A stretch of DNA of 64,000 nucleotides from Candidatus Micrarchaeia archaeon (GCA_039794045.1 JBAMLY010000001.1:1045-65044), one strand, 5' to 3'; shown: positions 1 to 8,732, counted from the first letter of the stretch. Notes: a model not told the origin generated them from the letters alone. Translations and numbers: made by a program.

Positions 1-92
1 ACGAAGCCAGCCCGCGCTCGTCCGCTCCAGACAATTTCTCGAAAGCAGGAAAGTCTGGAAAAGCAGAAGCAAACAACACGAATTCTTCCATG
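1..92 (-). CDS. 5' fragment of an unidentified CDS (start ATG at 92-90, runs off the window start). Sits 10 nt downstream of L37Ae in the same orientation.
   Basis: Reverse-complement of 1-92 reads MEEFVLFASAFPDFPAFEKLSGADERGLAS with no stop before the window edge. Only 30 codons visible. Confidence 0.3.
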
Positions 93-102
93 AAACTCGC
101 TT

Positions 103-342
103 TTATTCTTTCTTGGCTTGCCTTAAGACGTCCACCACCTTGTTGGCGGCAACGCCTACTTGCGTGGAAAGAGAGTACGCACCGCCGGCCACTACTGCCC
201 CGCAAGCCCGGCACTCCCACAAAGAGTTGGCCTTGCGTTTCACGGCTTTCTTGCCGCACTTTGGGCACTCGTACTTGACGCGCGACTGCTTCAAAACCTC
301 TGCTTCAGCTTTCCTTATCCTGACTCCATACCTTGAACTCAT
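103..342 (-). CDS. rpl37ae: 50S ribosomal protein L37Ae
   Basis: 79 aa with a C4 zinc ribbon (CPKCG...CRACG), the typical L37Ae size. Sits at the end of the exosome superoperon. Confidence 0.9.
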   Translation of the reverse strand: MSSRYGVRIRKAEAEVLKQSRVKYECPKCGKKAVKRKANSLWECRACGAVVAGGAYSLSTQVGVAANKVVDVLRQAKKE

Positions 343-358
343 TCCTGCATCAACTCAC

Positions 359-1147
359 TTAAACTAGTACAGCAAGTTCGCCGAACTTGCCTAACGCAAT
401 GTCCAGTAACTCCATCATTTCGCGCTTTGAAAAACCAGCGCGTCCGCTCTTCTGGCCAGCTACCATGAACTGGCCATCACAAACAGCTATAGTTAGCCGC
501 CCGTCTGAAGCAACTTCTTCTTCCTCGGTGGCGTCCACCACGATCTTGCCAGAAATCTTTTCGAAGGTAACCGTCAAAACCTTGTTGAGCAACGGAAGAG
601 GAGAAACGCGGTTTTCCCTGTCCACTACGCCCTCGCTTTCACTATTGCCCGGCGAGTAAGAAGGAAGCTTCGTGCAACTCAAAGCCGCCATCGCAGCCAA
701 GGCCGCAGCATCAGTCAAGTTGCCGCAGTGATCCAAAACGTATAAGTCAACGAAGACTCCCCACACTTTGCCGTCTGGAAGCGCGAGCTTAGCCAAGTCA
801 ATTGTGCCCGCCGCCCTAATACCGCGGTCCACCACGCGAGCCAACTCAATTGAGTCCTCGTTGGGCGGGCCCGCAGTAAAGCCAGGGTGCGCAAGCGGAG
901 CGAACTCCGCGTTCACCGACAAAACGCCTTCCCCCGGCCTGTCCGAGAAAGGCTCTACGGCGTCAACCTTCACGCCGGCAAGCACTTTAGTGTCGCCAAC
1001 AAAAGCGATAGCGCTTCCCTCGCAGTTAGAGTAAACGCTTTTCTCTACCTTAATCGGCCGGTACTGAAGCATTTGGCGCCCGTCAGCGCGCCTTCCGTGA
1101 GCCATCAAGTCCTTAACGTAAGCCTCTTTAACCTCGTCCAAAATCAC
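359..1147 (-). CDS. rrp42: Exosome complex component Rrp42 (RNase PH-like, non-catalytic)
   Basis: 262 aa RNase PH-fold protein immediately downstream of Rrp41, in the conserved archaeal order rrp4-rrp41-rrp42. Confidence 0.88.
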   Translation of the reverse strand: MILDEVKEAYVKDLMAHGRRADGRQMLQYRPIKVEKSVYSNCEGSAIAFVGDTKVLAGVKVDAVEPFSDRPGEGVLSVNAEFAPLAHPGFTAGPPNEDSIELARVVDRGIRAAGTIDLAKLALPDGKVWGVFVDLYVLDHCGNLTDAAALAAMAALSCTKLPSYSPGNSESEGVVDRENRVSPLPLLNKVLTVTFEKISGKIVVDATEEEEVASDGRLTIAVCDGQFMVAGQKSGRAGFSKREMMELLDIALGKFGELAVLV

Positions 1148-1157
1148 TTAAACCACC

Positions 1158-1901
1158 CTATTCTCCTTCTTCTACTTCGGCGCGCGAGTACTTCTCCACT
1201 AGGGCAGCTACTTGTTTTTCGCGCACGGCCTTCGCCGCCTCAAAAATCATGTCCAACGCGTTAGAAACCTCTTCGCGAGTAAGCTTTCCATCCATCTGGT
1301 AAAGCAAAACCTCGCCAGTGCGAAGCGAAACAATGGCAGGCATGTCTGACTCGCCGTAATTGTCTTCAAGCTTGTCCAAGTCAACCACTTGCTCGCCGTC
1401 AATCTTTCCAACAGAAACGCCCTGCACCAAGTCCTTGACTGGAATTCCCGCGTCCACCAACGCCACGCTCGCAGCAGTAATAGCGGCAACGCGCGTCCCC
1501 CCATCACTCTGGAGAACCTCCATGTCAATGTCTATCGCAGTCTTCGGAAAACGCTCCACTAAAACATTGTTCTCGAAAACGTGTTTTGCAACCTTACTGA
1601 TTTCTATGCTGCGGCGGTTGGGGCCACTGCGCCCGTGCTCTTCAAGCGACGAAAACGGCGCCATCACGTACCGCGCGTTAATAATAGCCTTGTACGGGTC
1701 AGTCAAGTGCTTCGGAAAAACCTCTCGCGGCCCGTAAACGCCAACAAGAATGCGGTTGTTGCCCCACTCTATCAAGGCAGAACCATTAGCTTGCCTGAGC
1801 ACGCCAGCCGTTATCTTTAAGTTCCTCAAATCCATTTTGCCGCGGCCGCTCAAGCGCTTGCCGTCAATAAAAAGCTTTGGCTTGTTCAATGCAGAACCCA
1901 T
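1158..1901 (-). CDS. rrp41: Exosome complex exonuclease Rrp41 (RNase PH)
   Basis: 247 aa RNase PH domain with a GVYGPRE-type motif and the DGGTR phosphate-binding motif. Conserved position between rrp4 and rrp42. Confidence 0.9.
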   Translation of the reverse strand: MGSALNKPKLFIDGKRLSGRGKMDLRNLKITAGVLRQANGSALIEWGNNRILVGVYGPREVFPKHLTDPYKAIINARYVMAPFSSLEEHGRSGPNRRSIEISKVAKHVFENNVLVERFPKTAIDIDMEVLQSDGGTRVAAITAASVALVDAGIPVKDLVQGVSVGKIDGEQVVDLDKLEDNYGESDMPAIVSLRTGEVLLYQMDGKLTREEVSNALDMIFEAAKAVREKQVAALVEKYSRAEVEEGE

Positions 1902-1908
1902 ACTTTAA

Positions 1909-2544
1909 TCACTTCCTGAAACCATTACCGGAAGCGGCTTCCGCCCGCAAGAACGCTTGAATGCGGTCCGTCAAGCCAGAAGTGTGCGCTTCCCTGCAAA
2001 TCTTCATTATCGCAAGCGACGCCAAATGAGAATTGCCTCCCTTCAAGTAAATCCTTCCATTCTTTCCAACGAAAATTTCGGAGCCAGTCGCTTCCTGCAA
2101 CATTTGAAGCATGCTGCCGTTCCGCCCTATAACGCGTGGAACCTTGACGCTCTCAATCTCAAGAATTTCTCCACCCACGAGCCGGCGCGGCTCAACGACC
2201 ATGGCGTTGTTCACTTCGTCTACAGCCATTATCTTCACGGAAACAACGTCGCCAACGCGAAACTCTTCTCGCGTGTCCTTCGTGCTCAGCTTTCCCTCGT
2301 AAGGAGAATTCAAGTCAATAACGTAACCACTAAACAACTCTTCCTTCACTATGCCAACCACGTAATCGCCGTAGTTAGGCACGTACTTCCCCTTCAAAGG
2401 AATTACTTTATCGCCGGAAAACAAGCTCAGAACAGAAGCAAAAGTCTTTCCACCCTCAACGAAAGTGCCCTCCGCCCGCAACGGCTTGTCCAAAACCATT
2501 TCACCAGGCAAAACAATCCTCTTATCCATTTCAAACCACTTCAC
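1909..2544 (-). CDS. rrp4: Exosome RNA-binding subunit Rrp4 (S1 + KH domains)
   Basis: 211 aa with an N-terminal S1-like region and a C-terminal KH motif (VIGRNGSMLQML). Position in the superoperon. Confidence 0.88.
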   Translation of the reverse strand: MKWFEMDKRIVLPGEMVLDKPLRAEGTFVEGGKTFASVLSLFSGDKVIPLKGKYVPNYGDYVVGIVKEELFSGYVIDLNSPYEGKLSTKDTREEFRVGDVVSVKIMAVDEVNNAMVVEPRRLVGGEILEIESVKVPRVIGRNGSMLQMLQEATGSEIFVGKNGRIYLKGGNSHLASLAIMKICREAHTSGLTDRIQAFLRAEAASGNGFRK

Positions 2545-2561
2545 TCAAACCATTCAAAAAA

Positions 2562-3254
2562 TCAATTCAAAACCCTTGACTGAACCTGGCCACTCGTCAG
2601 GCGGTTCAACCGGTCGTACAACTCTGACTGAACGCCGGCAGGAATTTCAACCACGCAAACAAGCGAGCCGTCATTCGCCCACTCCTCCCGCTGAATGCCG
2701 TACTCCTTCAGCACTCCGTAAGCGCGCGCCGAAAAAACTGCGGGAACCTTGACTGCCAAGCGCACTTTCTCCAAGCTTATCGGAATAATTTCCCTAATCT
2801 TTTCAATGACTGCGCCAACCTGTTCCTCGGCTGGCTTGAACGCGTCAACGTGAACCTTCGCCTGCTCCATTGCCGCTTCAATGCGCTGAGGTGGGTGAGG
2901 AAGCTTGTCGCGCGGGTTGACGCAGTTGCGCGCAATCCAGTTTATTATCTTGAGCCTCTTCTCCTCCAACAACTTACGGCGTTGTTCAGTGGTAAGCTGA
3001 ACCTCGCCGTCACGAAAAATCACTTCAGCTACCTTGAAAACGTCCGTGGTCCCAAACGCCTTCATCAAAGCAGTTGAAGTCTGCCTGTCGCCCTTGCGGG
3101 CGTCCTTGAAAACCTCTTCAGCGACCAACACGTTGTTCAAGTCCTTCTTAGCGCCAGTCTTGTAATCGTAAGCCAGCCTCGCGTCCACCAACAACTCGAA
3201 CTTCTCGCCTCCCTTCTCCAACCGAGCAATAATAGTGTTCTCAATACCTGCCAT
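2562..3254 (-). CDS. sdo1: Ribosome maturation protein SBDS homolog
   Basis: 230 aa starting MAGIENTIIARLEKGGEKFELLVD, typical of the SBDS N-terminal FYSH domain. Conserved location between psmA and rrp4. Confidence 0.85.
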   Translation of the reverse strand: MAGIENTIIARLEKGGEKFELLVDARLAYDYKTGAKKDLNNVLVAEEVFKDARKGDRQTSTALMKAFGTTDVFKVAEVIFRDGEVQLTTEQRRKLLEEKRLKIINWIARNCVNPRDKLPHPPQRIEAAMEQAKVHVDAFKPAEEQVGAVIEKIREIIPISLEKVRLAVKVPAVFSARAYGVLKEYGIQREEWANDGSLVCVVEIPAGVQSELYDRLNRLTSGQVQSRVLN

Positions 3255-3258
3255 CTCG

Positions 3259-3975
3259 TCACTTCTCTGAAATCAAAGCAGAAACCTCGCCACGCGAAAG
3301 CAACCGCGTCCTCTTGCCAGCTTTTTCAACGAAAGCAATGTCTACGTTGCTGGAAGAAAGCTTTTCCTCCACCGCCTTCCGCAAAGCCCTCAAAGCAAGC
3401 TTTGCAGCCTCCTGCATGGAAAGCCCTTCCTCGTACTCTTTCTCGAAAAACTCTTCCACTACCTTCTTGCCAGACCCAATCGCGGTCGCCTTGTACTCGA
3501 AAAGCGCGCCGCTTGGGTCAGTTTCAAACAACCGCGCCGCCTCACTGGACACTCCAGCCAACAACAACGAAACCCCGTAAGGCCTCACACCAGCATACTG
3601 AGTGAAAAACTGTATATGGTCCCCCACTCTCTTGGAAAGAAGCTCCACAGGAATATCTTCGTCGAACGTCAAACGGTGCTTCTGCGCCTCAACCCTCGCA
3701 AATTCAACGAGCTTGCGCGCGTCAGCCACCAGCCCAGAAGAAGCAGTCGCAATGTGCTGGTCAATCTGAAAAATCTTCTCGTGAGAGTCCCCAACCACTA
3801 ACGGGCTGGAAATGCGCTTGTGCGCCACGAGAACAACGCCATCCTTGTTTACCACGCCAGCACTAGTACTGCCAGTGCGCACTGCCTCGCGCGCGTACTC
3901 CACTTGAAAAAGCCTGCCATCAGGCGAGAACACCGTGATAGCGCGGTCGTAAGCACTTTGTTGCGGCGGATACAT
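3259..3975 (-). CDS. psmA: Proteasome subunit alpha
   Basis: MYPPQQSAYDRAITVFSPDGRLFQVEYA is the alpha-subunit N-terminal signature. The ORF track starts 25 codons earlier at 4050; I chose the internal Met. Confidence 0.9.
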   Translation of the reverse strand: MYPPQQSAYDRAITVFSPDGRLFQVEYAREAVRTGSTSAGVVNKDGVVLVAHKRISSPLVVGDSHEKIFQIDQHIATASSGLVADARKLVEFARVEAQKHRLTFDEDIPVELLSKRVGDHIQFFTQYAGVRPYGVSLLLAGVSSEAARLFETDPSGALFEYKATAIGSGKKVVEEFFEKEYEEGLSMQEAAKLALRALRKAVEEKLSSSNVDIAFVEKAGKRTRLLSRGEVSALISEK

Positions 3976-4135
3976 TTTCAACCAGCCTCCCAATTTTTGC
4001 TTGTCCGAGCAAAAACTTGACTTGAAAACCAACTCGACCAGAAAACACAAAGAAGCGGTTCAGGAGCCGCTCAACGGCGGGCGTCTTGAAACCGAGAACT
4101 TCCCTTTATTTTTCCAGCAATTATTTTGTCGGGCT

Positions 4136-4471
4136 TCATTTATAAAACTGCTTTTCCGAGCCCCGCCCAGCGAAGCCAGTGCCCGCCACCGACCCGCTCA
4201 CGCGCGAAACGCGCAAAGCAACTCCCTCACCACCAAAAAAACGCTTTAAAGCCAAAGCCGCAACCACGCCCTCCAACTCGGAAGCCGCGCACTTCAATAA
4301 CAACTCTTGCCTGCCAGCGTCAAACCCCTTCAATTGCACCGCCGCACGAGAAGCCCCGAACTCGCCAAGCAACTGGAAAACCGCTTCGTAAACCAAGCGC
4401 TTCGCGAGAACCTCGTCAAACTCCTTGCGCGCAAACAAGCGAACAACCAAGTAACGCTTCTTCTCCCTCAC
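4136..4471 (-). CDS. rnp2: RNase P protein component 2 (Pop5/Rpp14 family)
   Basis: 111 aa starting MREKKRYLVVRLF (the RxKKRY Pop5 N-terminal motif). Overlaps Rpp30 by 4 nt, in the conserved Rpp30-Pop5-psmA order. Confidence 0.7.
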   Translation of the reverse strand: MREKKRYLVVRLFARKEFDEVLAKRLVYEAVFQLLGEFGASRAAVQLKGFDAGRQELLLKCAASELEGVVAALALKRFFGGEGVALRVSRVSGSVAGTGFAGRGSEKQFYK

Positions 4472-5007
4472 TGCAAGCCACCCAAAACCTCTTCCGCAAC
4501 AAAGCCGACCGCTGCAGACGCTTGCTCGCGCGACAAGCCAACCAAGAAACCAATCGCGGCAACTTCCCGTGGAGACTTCAAGTCAAACTCGTCCTCAGCA
4601 CGCGAAGTGAAAACAAAAGGAACACCGCGCTTGACACACCGACGCAAGAAAAAACGCAGTTGATTCAACGCCTTCGCGCGGTTCACGAAACTCGCGTGCA
4701 GCAGCGGACGCAACGGAATTTCGAAGACGCGCTTCTTGTCCTTCGCAGCAGCGAGGAGCTCGTCGTCCTTGTAATAATAAGGAAAGCGAGTAGGGTTAAG
4801 CAAGGCAAAGCGGCCCCGCCTGCACGCCTCAACCAACAAACTCAAGTTCTCCGACTCGACAATCACGAGCTCATTGTCCTCCCGCGTGGGAACGTCCACG
4901 CTCTTCCTTAAACTCACGACGCGCGCAGCTATTGCTTTGGAAAAACCGAGCTCCACCGCCTTCGAGACAAGCTTGGCGTCCGCAACGCATAAGTCGTAGT
5001 AATTCAT
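4468..5007 (-). CDS. rnp3: RNase P protein component 3 (Rpp30/Rpp1, PHP-like TIM barrel), shorter than usual
   Basis: 179 aa. Called by conserved gene order L15e-Rpp30-Pop5-PsmA, 4-nt overlap with Pop5, and weak similarity of the N-terminal MNYYDLCV to Rpp30 starts. Confidence 0.55.
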   Translation of the reverse strand: MNYYDLCVADAKLVSKAVELGFSKAIAARVVSLRKSVDVPTREDNELVIVESENLSLLVEACRRGRFALLNPTRFPYYYKDDELLAAAKDKKRVFEIPLRPLLHASFVNRAKALNQLRFFLRRCVKRGVPFVFTSRAEDEFDLKSPREVAAIGFLVGLSREQASAAVGFVAEEVLGGLQ

Positions 5008-5050
5008 GAAAACCCAAAAGAAATAAAATAAAAAGAAGAATAAAAACGAG

Positions 5051-5548
5051 TTACTTCTTCGCCGTCACCGCTTCTCCTGCCGCAGTTGCCGCGGGTGCGG
5101 CGGGCTTGGCTTGCGAGCGGGCTGGCTTTGAAGAGCAGTTGTTTTTGAGGACGACTTCGTAGAACGTGTTTTGACCGTCTTCTCCAACATAGTACGAGCC
5201 GACGACGTCGAGGTTAGGGTACCTGCGCGCGACTTTTTGTTCAGCGAACCACTGCCAGGACTTGCTTGGGTTTTCGCGCTTGCGGTTGCGGCCCGGCTTT
5301 CTTCCCTGGTCTGCTTTCTTGCGGACGCGCTTGCCTTTCTTCACGCGAACGCGGGCAACCACGAATTCCTTCTTGGCTTTGAAGCCGAGGCTCCTCGCTC
5401 GCGCTATGTTGGTTGGCTTCTCAATGCGAGTGATTACTGGTTGGTTGCGCCACACTGAAAGGCGGGCGCGGTATTCTGGCGCGCGTTCCTTGTATTGTTG
5501 CTGAAAAGTTTTTTGCACGTACTTATACATTCCCATCTTGTTTATCAC
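5051..5548 (-). CDS. rpl15e: 50S ribosomal protein L15e
   Basis: MGMYKYVQ...WRNQPVITRIEKPTNIARARSLGFKAKKEFVVARVRVKKG...NLDVVGSYYVGEDG matches L15e. True start may be the Met at 5536 (MGMYKY). Confidence 0.9.
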   Translation of the reverse strand: MINKMGMYKYVQKTFQQQYKERAPEYRARLSVWRNQPVITRIEKPTNIARARSLGFKAKKEFVVARVRVKKGKRVRKKADQGRKPGRNRKRENPSKSWQWFAEQKVARRYPNLDVVGSYYVGEDGQNTFYEVVLKNNCSSKPARSQAKPAAPAATAAGEAVTAKK

Positions 5549-5623
5549 CAGTTAACGCGTTCAGGGCCGCGCTGCTTGCCGGGCGCCCGCAGCGTCGTTA
5601 TCTTCCTACATCCGCGAAAAAAA

Positions 5624-5839
5624 TTATTCCCCGAACTGTTTTTTGGCTCGGGCAGGGTTTTGTTCTGACTTGAACTCCTTTCTTTTCTTCGTGTTCGTCC
5701 AGCAGTCCTTGCAGATTACGCGGCGAATTGTTTTGGCGACGGTGCGCGAGCTCTTAATGCAGGCGCGGCACACTTTCCTGCCACAGTAATCGCAGGCTTC
5801 TATGACGTGAGCGTCAGAACCACATCTTTCGCACTTCAT
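5624..5839 (-). CDS. Small zinc-ribbon protein (four CxxC pairs), function unknown
   Basis: 71 aa with CERCG...CDYCG...CRAC...CKDC. Occupies the flank of the superoperon where small Zn-ribbon proteins (e.g. RpoP) often sit, but it does not match RpoP. Confidence 0.4.
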   Translation of the reverse strand: MKCERCGSDAHVIEACDYCGRKVCRACIKSSRTVAKTIRRVICKDCWTNTKKRKEFKSEQNPARAKKQFGE

Positions 5840-5900
5840 TATTCAACCAACTCTCTTCATGAAAAGAAAAAACTTGAAAAAAAATTGGAAAAAGCTTTTC

Positions 5901-6245
5901 CTACTTTTGCAGCACTATCTCGACGGAAGTAACCTTCGTAGCGCGTCCGTCCATTGAGGTGACGTCCTCAGTTGAAACGTTGACCGACTTTATTTGCAGG
6001 GCTGGAAAGAAACGGTTTTTCACTATTTCTTCCACGTCGAAGGCAGTGCTTATAGATCGCCCGCGCGCCTTGAGTTTGACTTCAGGCGAGCCAGTGTTGA
6101 ACTGCGTTACGGCGGCTAAAACGTATGCCATTGTGTTCTTTTTGCCGACGTAAATCGTGTTTGGATCACGTGGGCCCACCTCGTGGCGTGGCACGCGCTG
6201 CATTGGCTGCCCTACAGGCTGTTCTTGTTCCATTGGTTGCTCCAT
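5901..6245 (-). CDS. albA: DNA/RNA-binding chromatin protein Alba
   Basis: IYVGKKNTMAYVLAAVTQF...KLKARGRSISTAFDVEEIVKNRF is the Alba core. An N-terminal extension (MEQPMEQEQP...) precedes it. Confidence 0.85.
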   Translation of the reverse strand: MEQPMEQEQPVGQPMQRVPRHEVGPRDPNTIYVGKKNTMAYVLAAVTQFNTGSPEVKLKARGRSISTAFDVEEIVKNRFFPALQIKSVNVSTEDVTSMDGRATKVTSVEIVLQK

Positions 6246-6369
6246 GTTTTTCCACCCTTTTTCGCTTGTTTTGTGTTAATAGTTTTCCAGTGAACTTTCT
6301 GAATAACAGAATTGTTTTGAGTGCAAGCAAATAATAATATTTGGTTGCCTAAAACCATCGTGGTCGCAA

Positions 6370-6573
6370 TTGGTTAGAGTGAAAATAATTAAAAACGGCT
6401 CGCAGGAAGAACGAGTCTTGCGGCGCGCGCGCACGGTAGCGCAAGCGATTGCTTTGCTTGGCTTGAACAAGGAAACACTCGTCCCAAAACTCAACGGCGA
6501 GGTTTGCTCTCTCTCTGAAGAGCTCGGCGACGAAGATGAAATCGAATTAATTCACATCATTTACGGTGGGTAA
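6370..6573 (+). CDS. ThiS/MoaD-family beta-grasp protein ending in Gly-Gly (SAMP-like ubiquitin-like modifier or sulfur carrier)
   Basis: 67 aa: MVRVKII...VPKLNGEVCSLSEELGDEDEIELIHIIYGG-stop. This is the classic ThiS pattern (V.V.LNGE..., D.DEIE.I...GG) with a C-terminal diglycine. Start is TTG (6370) or GTG (6379). Confidence 0.7.
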   Translation: MVRVKIIKNGSQEERVLRRARTVAQAIALLGLNKETLVPKLNGEVCSLSEELGDEDEIELIHIIYGG

Positions 6574-6575
6574 CT

Positions 6576-7295
6576 TTGCACGGCCACGCGATAGCACACG
6601 AAATAATTGAGAAAGCAAGAAAAAAAGGAGAGCCAAAAGCAATCGAAGTAGAAGTAGGCGAACTCTCCACCATCACACCCTCAGAGTTAATGAAGTCATT
6701 GAAGCAGCACGTTAACTGGAAGGTCCGCATTTTCTACAGGAAAGGCGTCGTAGCCTGCGCGTGCGGCTTCAAAGGCAAGCCAAAAATACTGGCGCGGGAA
6801 CACGACTTAGTGTTGTTTGCTTGCCCGAAGTGCGGCGCGGCCCCACAAGCAGTGAAAGGAAATTCAGTGTTCCTCAAGAAAGTGACGCTTGACGCCACGC
6901 CAACTTTCTTGGCCGTCGGAAACCCCTTGCTGGAAGGAGACTCGCTTGCGCTCGCGGCCTGCAAGCGCGCTTCAAAAAAAAGCAGTGCTTCCTTTGTTTT
7001 CTGCGAGAGCTTGGACGACTTGATGGAAGAACTCTCTGCAAGGGGAGGCAAAAAAATAGTCGTTGACGCCGCCAAAGGAATAAGCAAGCCACGCCTCGTT
7101 AAACTAAAGGCGCTGAAGGCAGAGCCAGTTGTTGGAGCGCACTCCTTCGACGCTGGCTTCTTTCTCCGCTTGGCTGAAGCCGCAGGAGCCGCGCGCGGCG
7201 TGAAAGTGCTTGCCTTGCCTGAAAACTCTTCCTTAGACGATGCCGTGCACGCGGTTTTAAAAGCTGCGGGCGGAAAGCACCCCAAAAAGCGCTAG
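6576..7295 (+). CDS. Fusion protein: HypA-like hydrogenase nickel-insertion domain + [NiFe] hydrogenase maturation endopeptidase (HycI/HybD-like)
   Basis: N-terminus MHGHAIAHEIIEKA with a CxxC...CPKCG zinc site resembles HypA (MHE...). The C-terminal half has FLAVGNPLLEGDSLALAA, the hydrogenase maturation protease signature (IGNxLxxDDGxG-like). The TTG start is 3 nt after the ThiS-like stop. Confidence 0.6.
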   Translation: MHGHAIAHEIIEKARKKGEPKAIEVEVGELSTITPSELMKSLKQHVNWKVRIFYRKGVVACACGFKGKPKILAREHDLVLFACPKCGAAPQAVKGNSVFLKKVTLDATPTFLAVGNPLLEGDSLALAACKRASKKSSASFVFCESLDDLMEELSARGGKKIVVDAAKGISKPRLVKLKALKAEPVVGAHSFDAGFFLRLAEAAGAARGVKVLALPENSSLDDAVHAVLKAAGGKHPKKR

Positions 7296-7382
7296 ACCCT
7301 CTGCTTAAAAGAAGGCTTTCTCAGCTTCCTTCTCTCTTTTCTCTTCCGTCGCAGTTTCTTGCTCTTCAGCAAACCAGTTCAC

Positions 7383-8732
7383 CTACTTGATTTTATTGAG
7401 TTTCAACTCTAAAAAGTGCGCGGCACAAGAAAAGCACGGGTCGTAAGCGCGCACGAGCTTCTCTATCTCTGCAACAAGTTTTTGCTTCGGCAAAGAGCGC
7501 CGAACTTGGTTCGGTGGCCCACCCGCCCGCTGAGCAGACGCTGAAGCTATCAATTCTCGCAGCAGCGCCTTCAAGTCTTCCTCGATGTTGCGAACGTTTT
7601 GCTGCGTAGGAGTAATAATTCTAGCATCGCGCACCATGCCGCGCTCGTCCAAAGAGTACTCGTGGTAAAGCACGCCGCGAGGTGCCTCGCTCAAAGCGCG
7701 TCCAGTAGCCTTCCTGAACTCCAGCGCGTGCAATGGCTCGACGCGAATTTTGGGAATGAGTTCCTCAATCAATTCAGTTGCTTCGTCAAGAAAGTGAACT
7801 AATTCAATTGCTTGAGCGAAGTTGTTCGCAAAAGGAGTAAAGCTCGGAAAACGAATGCTTGACTCTAGAGCCACTTCCCTCGCATCGTCAGACAAGAAAG
7901 AGAAATTGTTGTTTACGCGCGCCAGAGCACCGGTCAAGTAAGGCTTGCCGCCGAAAGCGTGTTTTTTGGCAGTGGAACCATCTACCACTTCCTCTGAAAC
8001 TTCCTCGAAAAACTTTTTGCCGCTCGCCTTCCAAGTCTTTGCGTTCCTGCCAAACGAGTTCAACACTACTTCCTTTCCACTCACCAAATAGTTTTTCAGC
8101 GAAAAGTATTGCGTGCGCCTCTCGAACGCAGGGTAATCAAGAGAGCCAAACAAGCGAGCGGTTTCCACGGCGTCAGCTTTAGCGTTCTTGACAGAGTCAA
8201 GCAGCGCTTCAAGCCTCGCTTTTGTTGGAACGCTCCTGAAACCACCCACCGCCGCAGTCACAGCATTTATTTCTCGCCCGCCCACCGACAAGCAAAGCTC
8301 GGTCGAAACTCGCTTCAACGCCATGGCTCGCTTGAAGTCAGCAGGCCGAGCCGGCGCCATTTCAATAGCGCTAGCAAAGCCAAGGTAGTCAGGCAACGCC
8401 AGAAAATACAAGTGAAGCGCGTGACTTGAAATTATTTGCGCTATTTGAAGGAGCTCGCGCAACTTCAAAGACTGCTCTGAAACACTGAGCCCGAGCGCGT
8501 CTTCGACCGCGTTAATCGCGGTTACTTGGTGGGCTTGAGAACAAAAACCGCAAATGCGCGCGGCAGTAATCGGTATTTCAGTGCAAGAATGCCCTCTCAC
8601 AAGCGACTCAAAAAAACGCGCGCCTTCAGTGACGTCAAGCTTTACATCTTTCACTTCGTTCTTGGAAATAGTCACCACCAAACGCGCGTGACCCTCTATC
8701 TTGGAAAGCTTTTCAATCCTTATTTCAGTCAT
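7383..8732 (-). CDS. hydA: [NiFe] hydrogenase large (alpha) subunit, group 3 (sulfhydrogenase type)
   Basis: N-terminal RICGFCSQAH (RxCGxC) and C-terminal DPCFSCAAH (DPCxxCxxH) Ni-Fe ligands. The 10-aa C-terminal tail FLELKLNKIK after the His is typical of the peptide removed by the maturation protease. Confidence 0.9.
   Translation of the reverse strand: MTEIRIEKLSKIEGHARLVVTISKNEVKDVKLDVTEGARFFESLVRGHSCTEIPITAARICGFCSQAHQVTAINAVEDALGLSVSEQSLKLRELLQIAQIISSHALHLYFLALPDYLGFASAIEMAPARPADFKRAMALKRVSTELCLSVGGREINAVTAAVGGFRSVPTKARLEALLDSVKNAKADAVETARLFGSLDYPAFERRTQYFSLKNYLVSGKEVVLNSFGRNAKTWKASGKKFFEEVSEEVVDGSTAKKHAFGGKPYLTGALARVNNNFSFLSDDAREVALESSIRFPSFTPFANNFAQAIELVHFLDEATELIEELIPKIRVEPLHALEFRKATGRALSEAPRGVLYHEYSLDERGMVRDARIITPTQQNVRNIEEDLKALLRELIASASAQRAGGPPNQVRRSLPKQKLVAEIEKLVRAYDPCFSCAAHFLELKLNKIK

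Noticed and set aside
4126-4911. 261-aa plus-strand ORF rich in Pro/Arg/Thr
   Set aside because: It lies entirely antisense to the well-supported Pop5 and Rpp30 genes. Its composition is typical of a GC-rich antisense frame, and it has no motifs.
6276-6300. ORB-like TTCCAGTGAAC element in the alba/ThiS divergent spacer
   Set aside because: Single copy, imperfect match to the ORB core, no partner repeat. More likely part of an ordinary promoter.
6734-7285. 183-aa minus-strand ORF inside the HypA-protease gene
   Set aside because: Antisense to a motif-supported CDS. Ser/Ala/Pro-rich, low-complexity translation.
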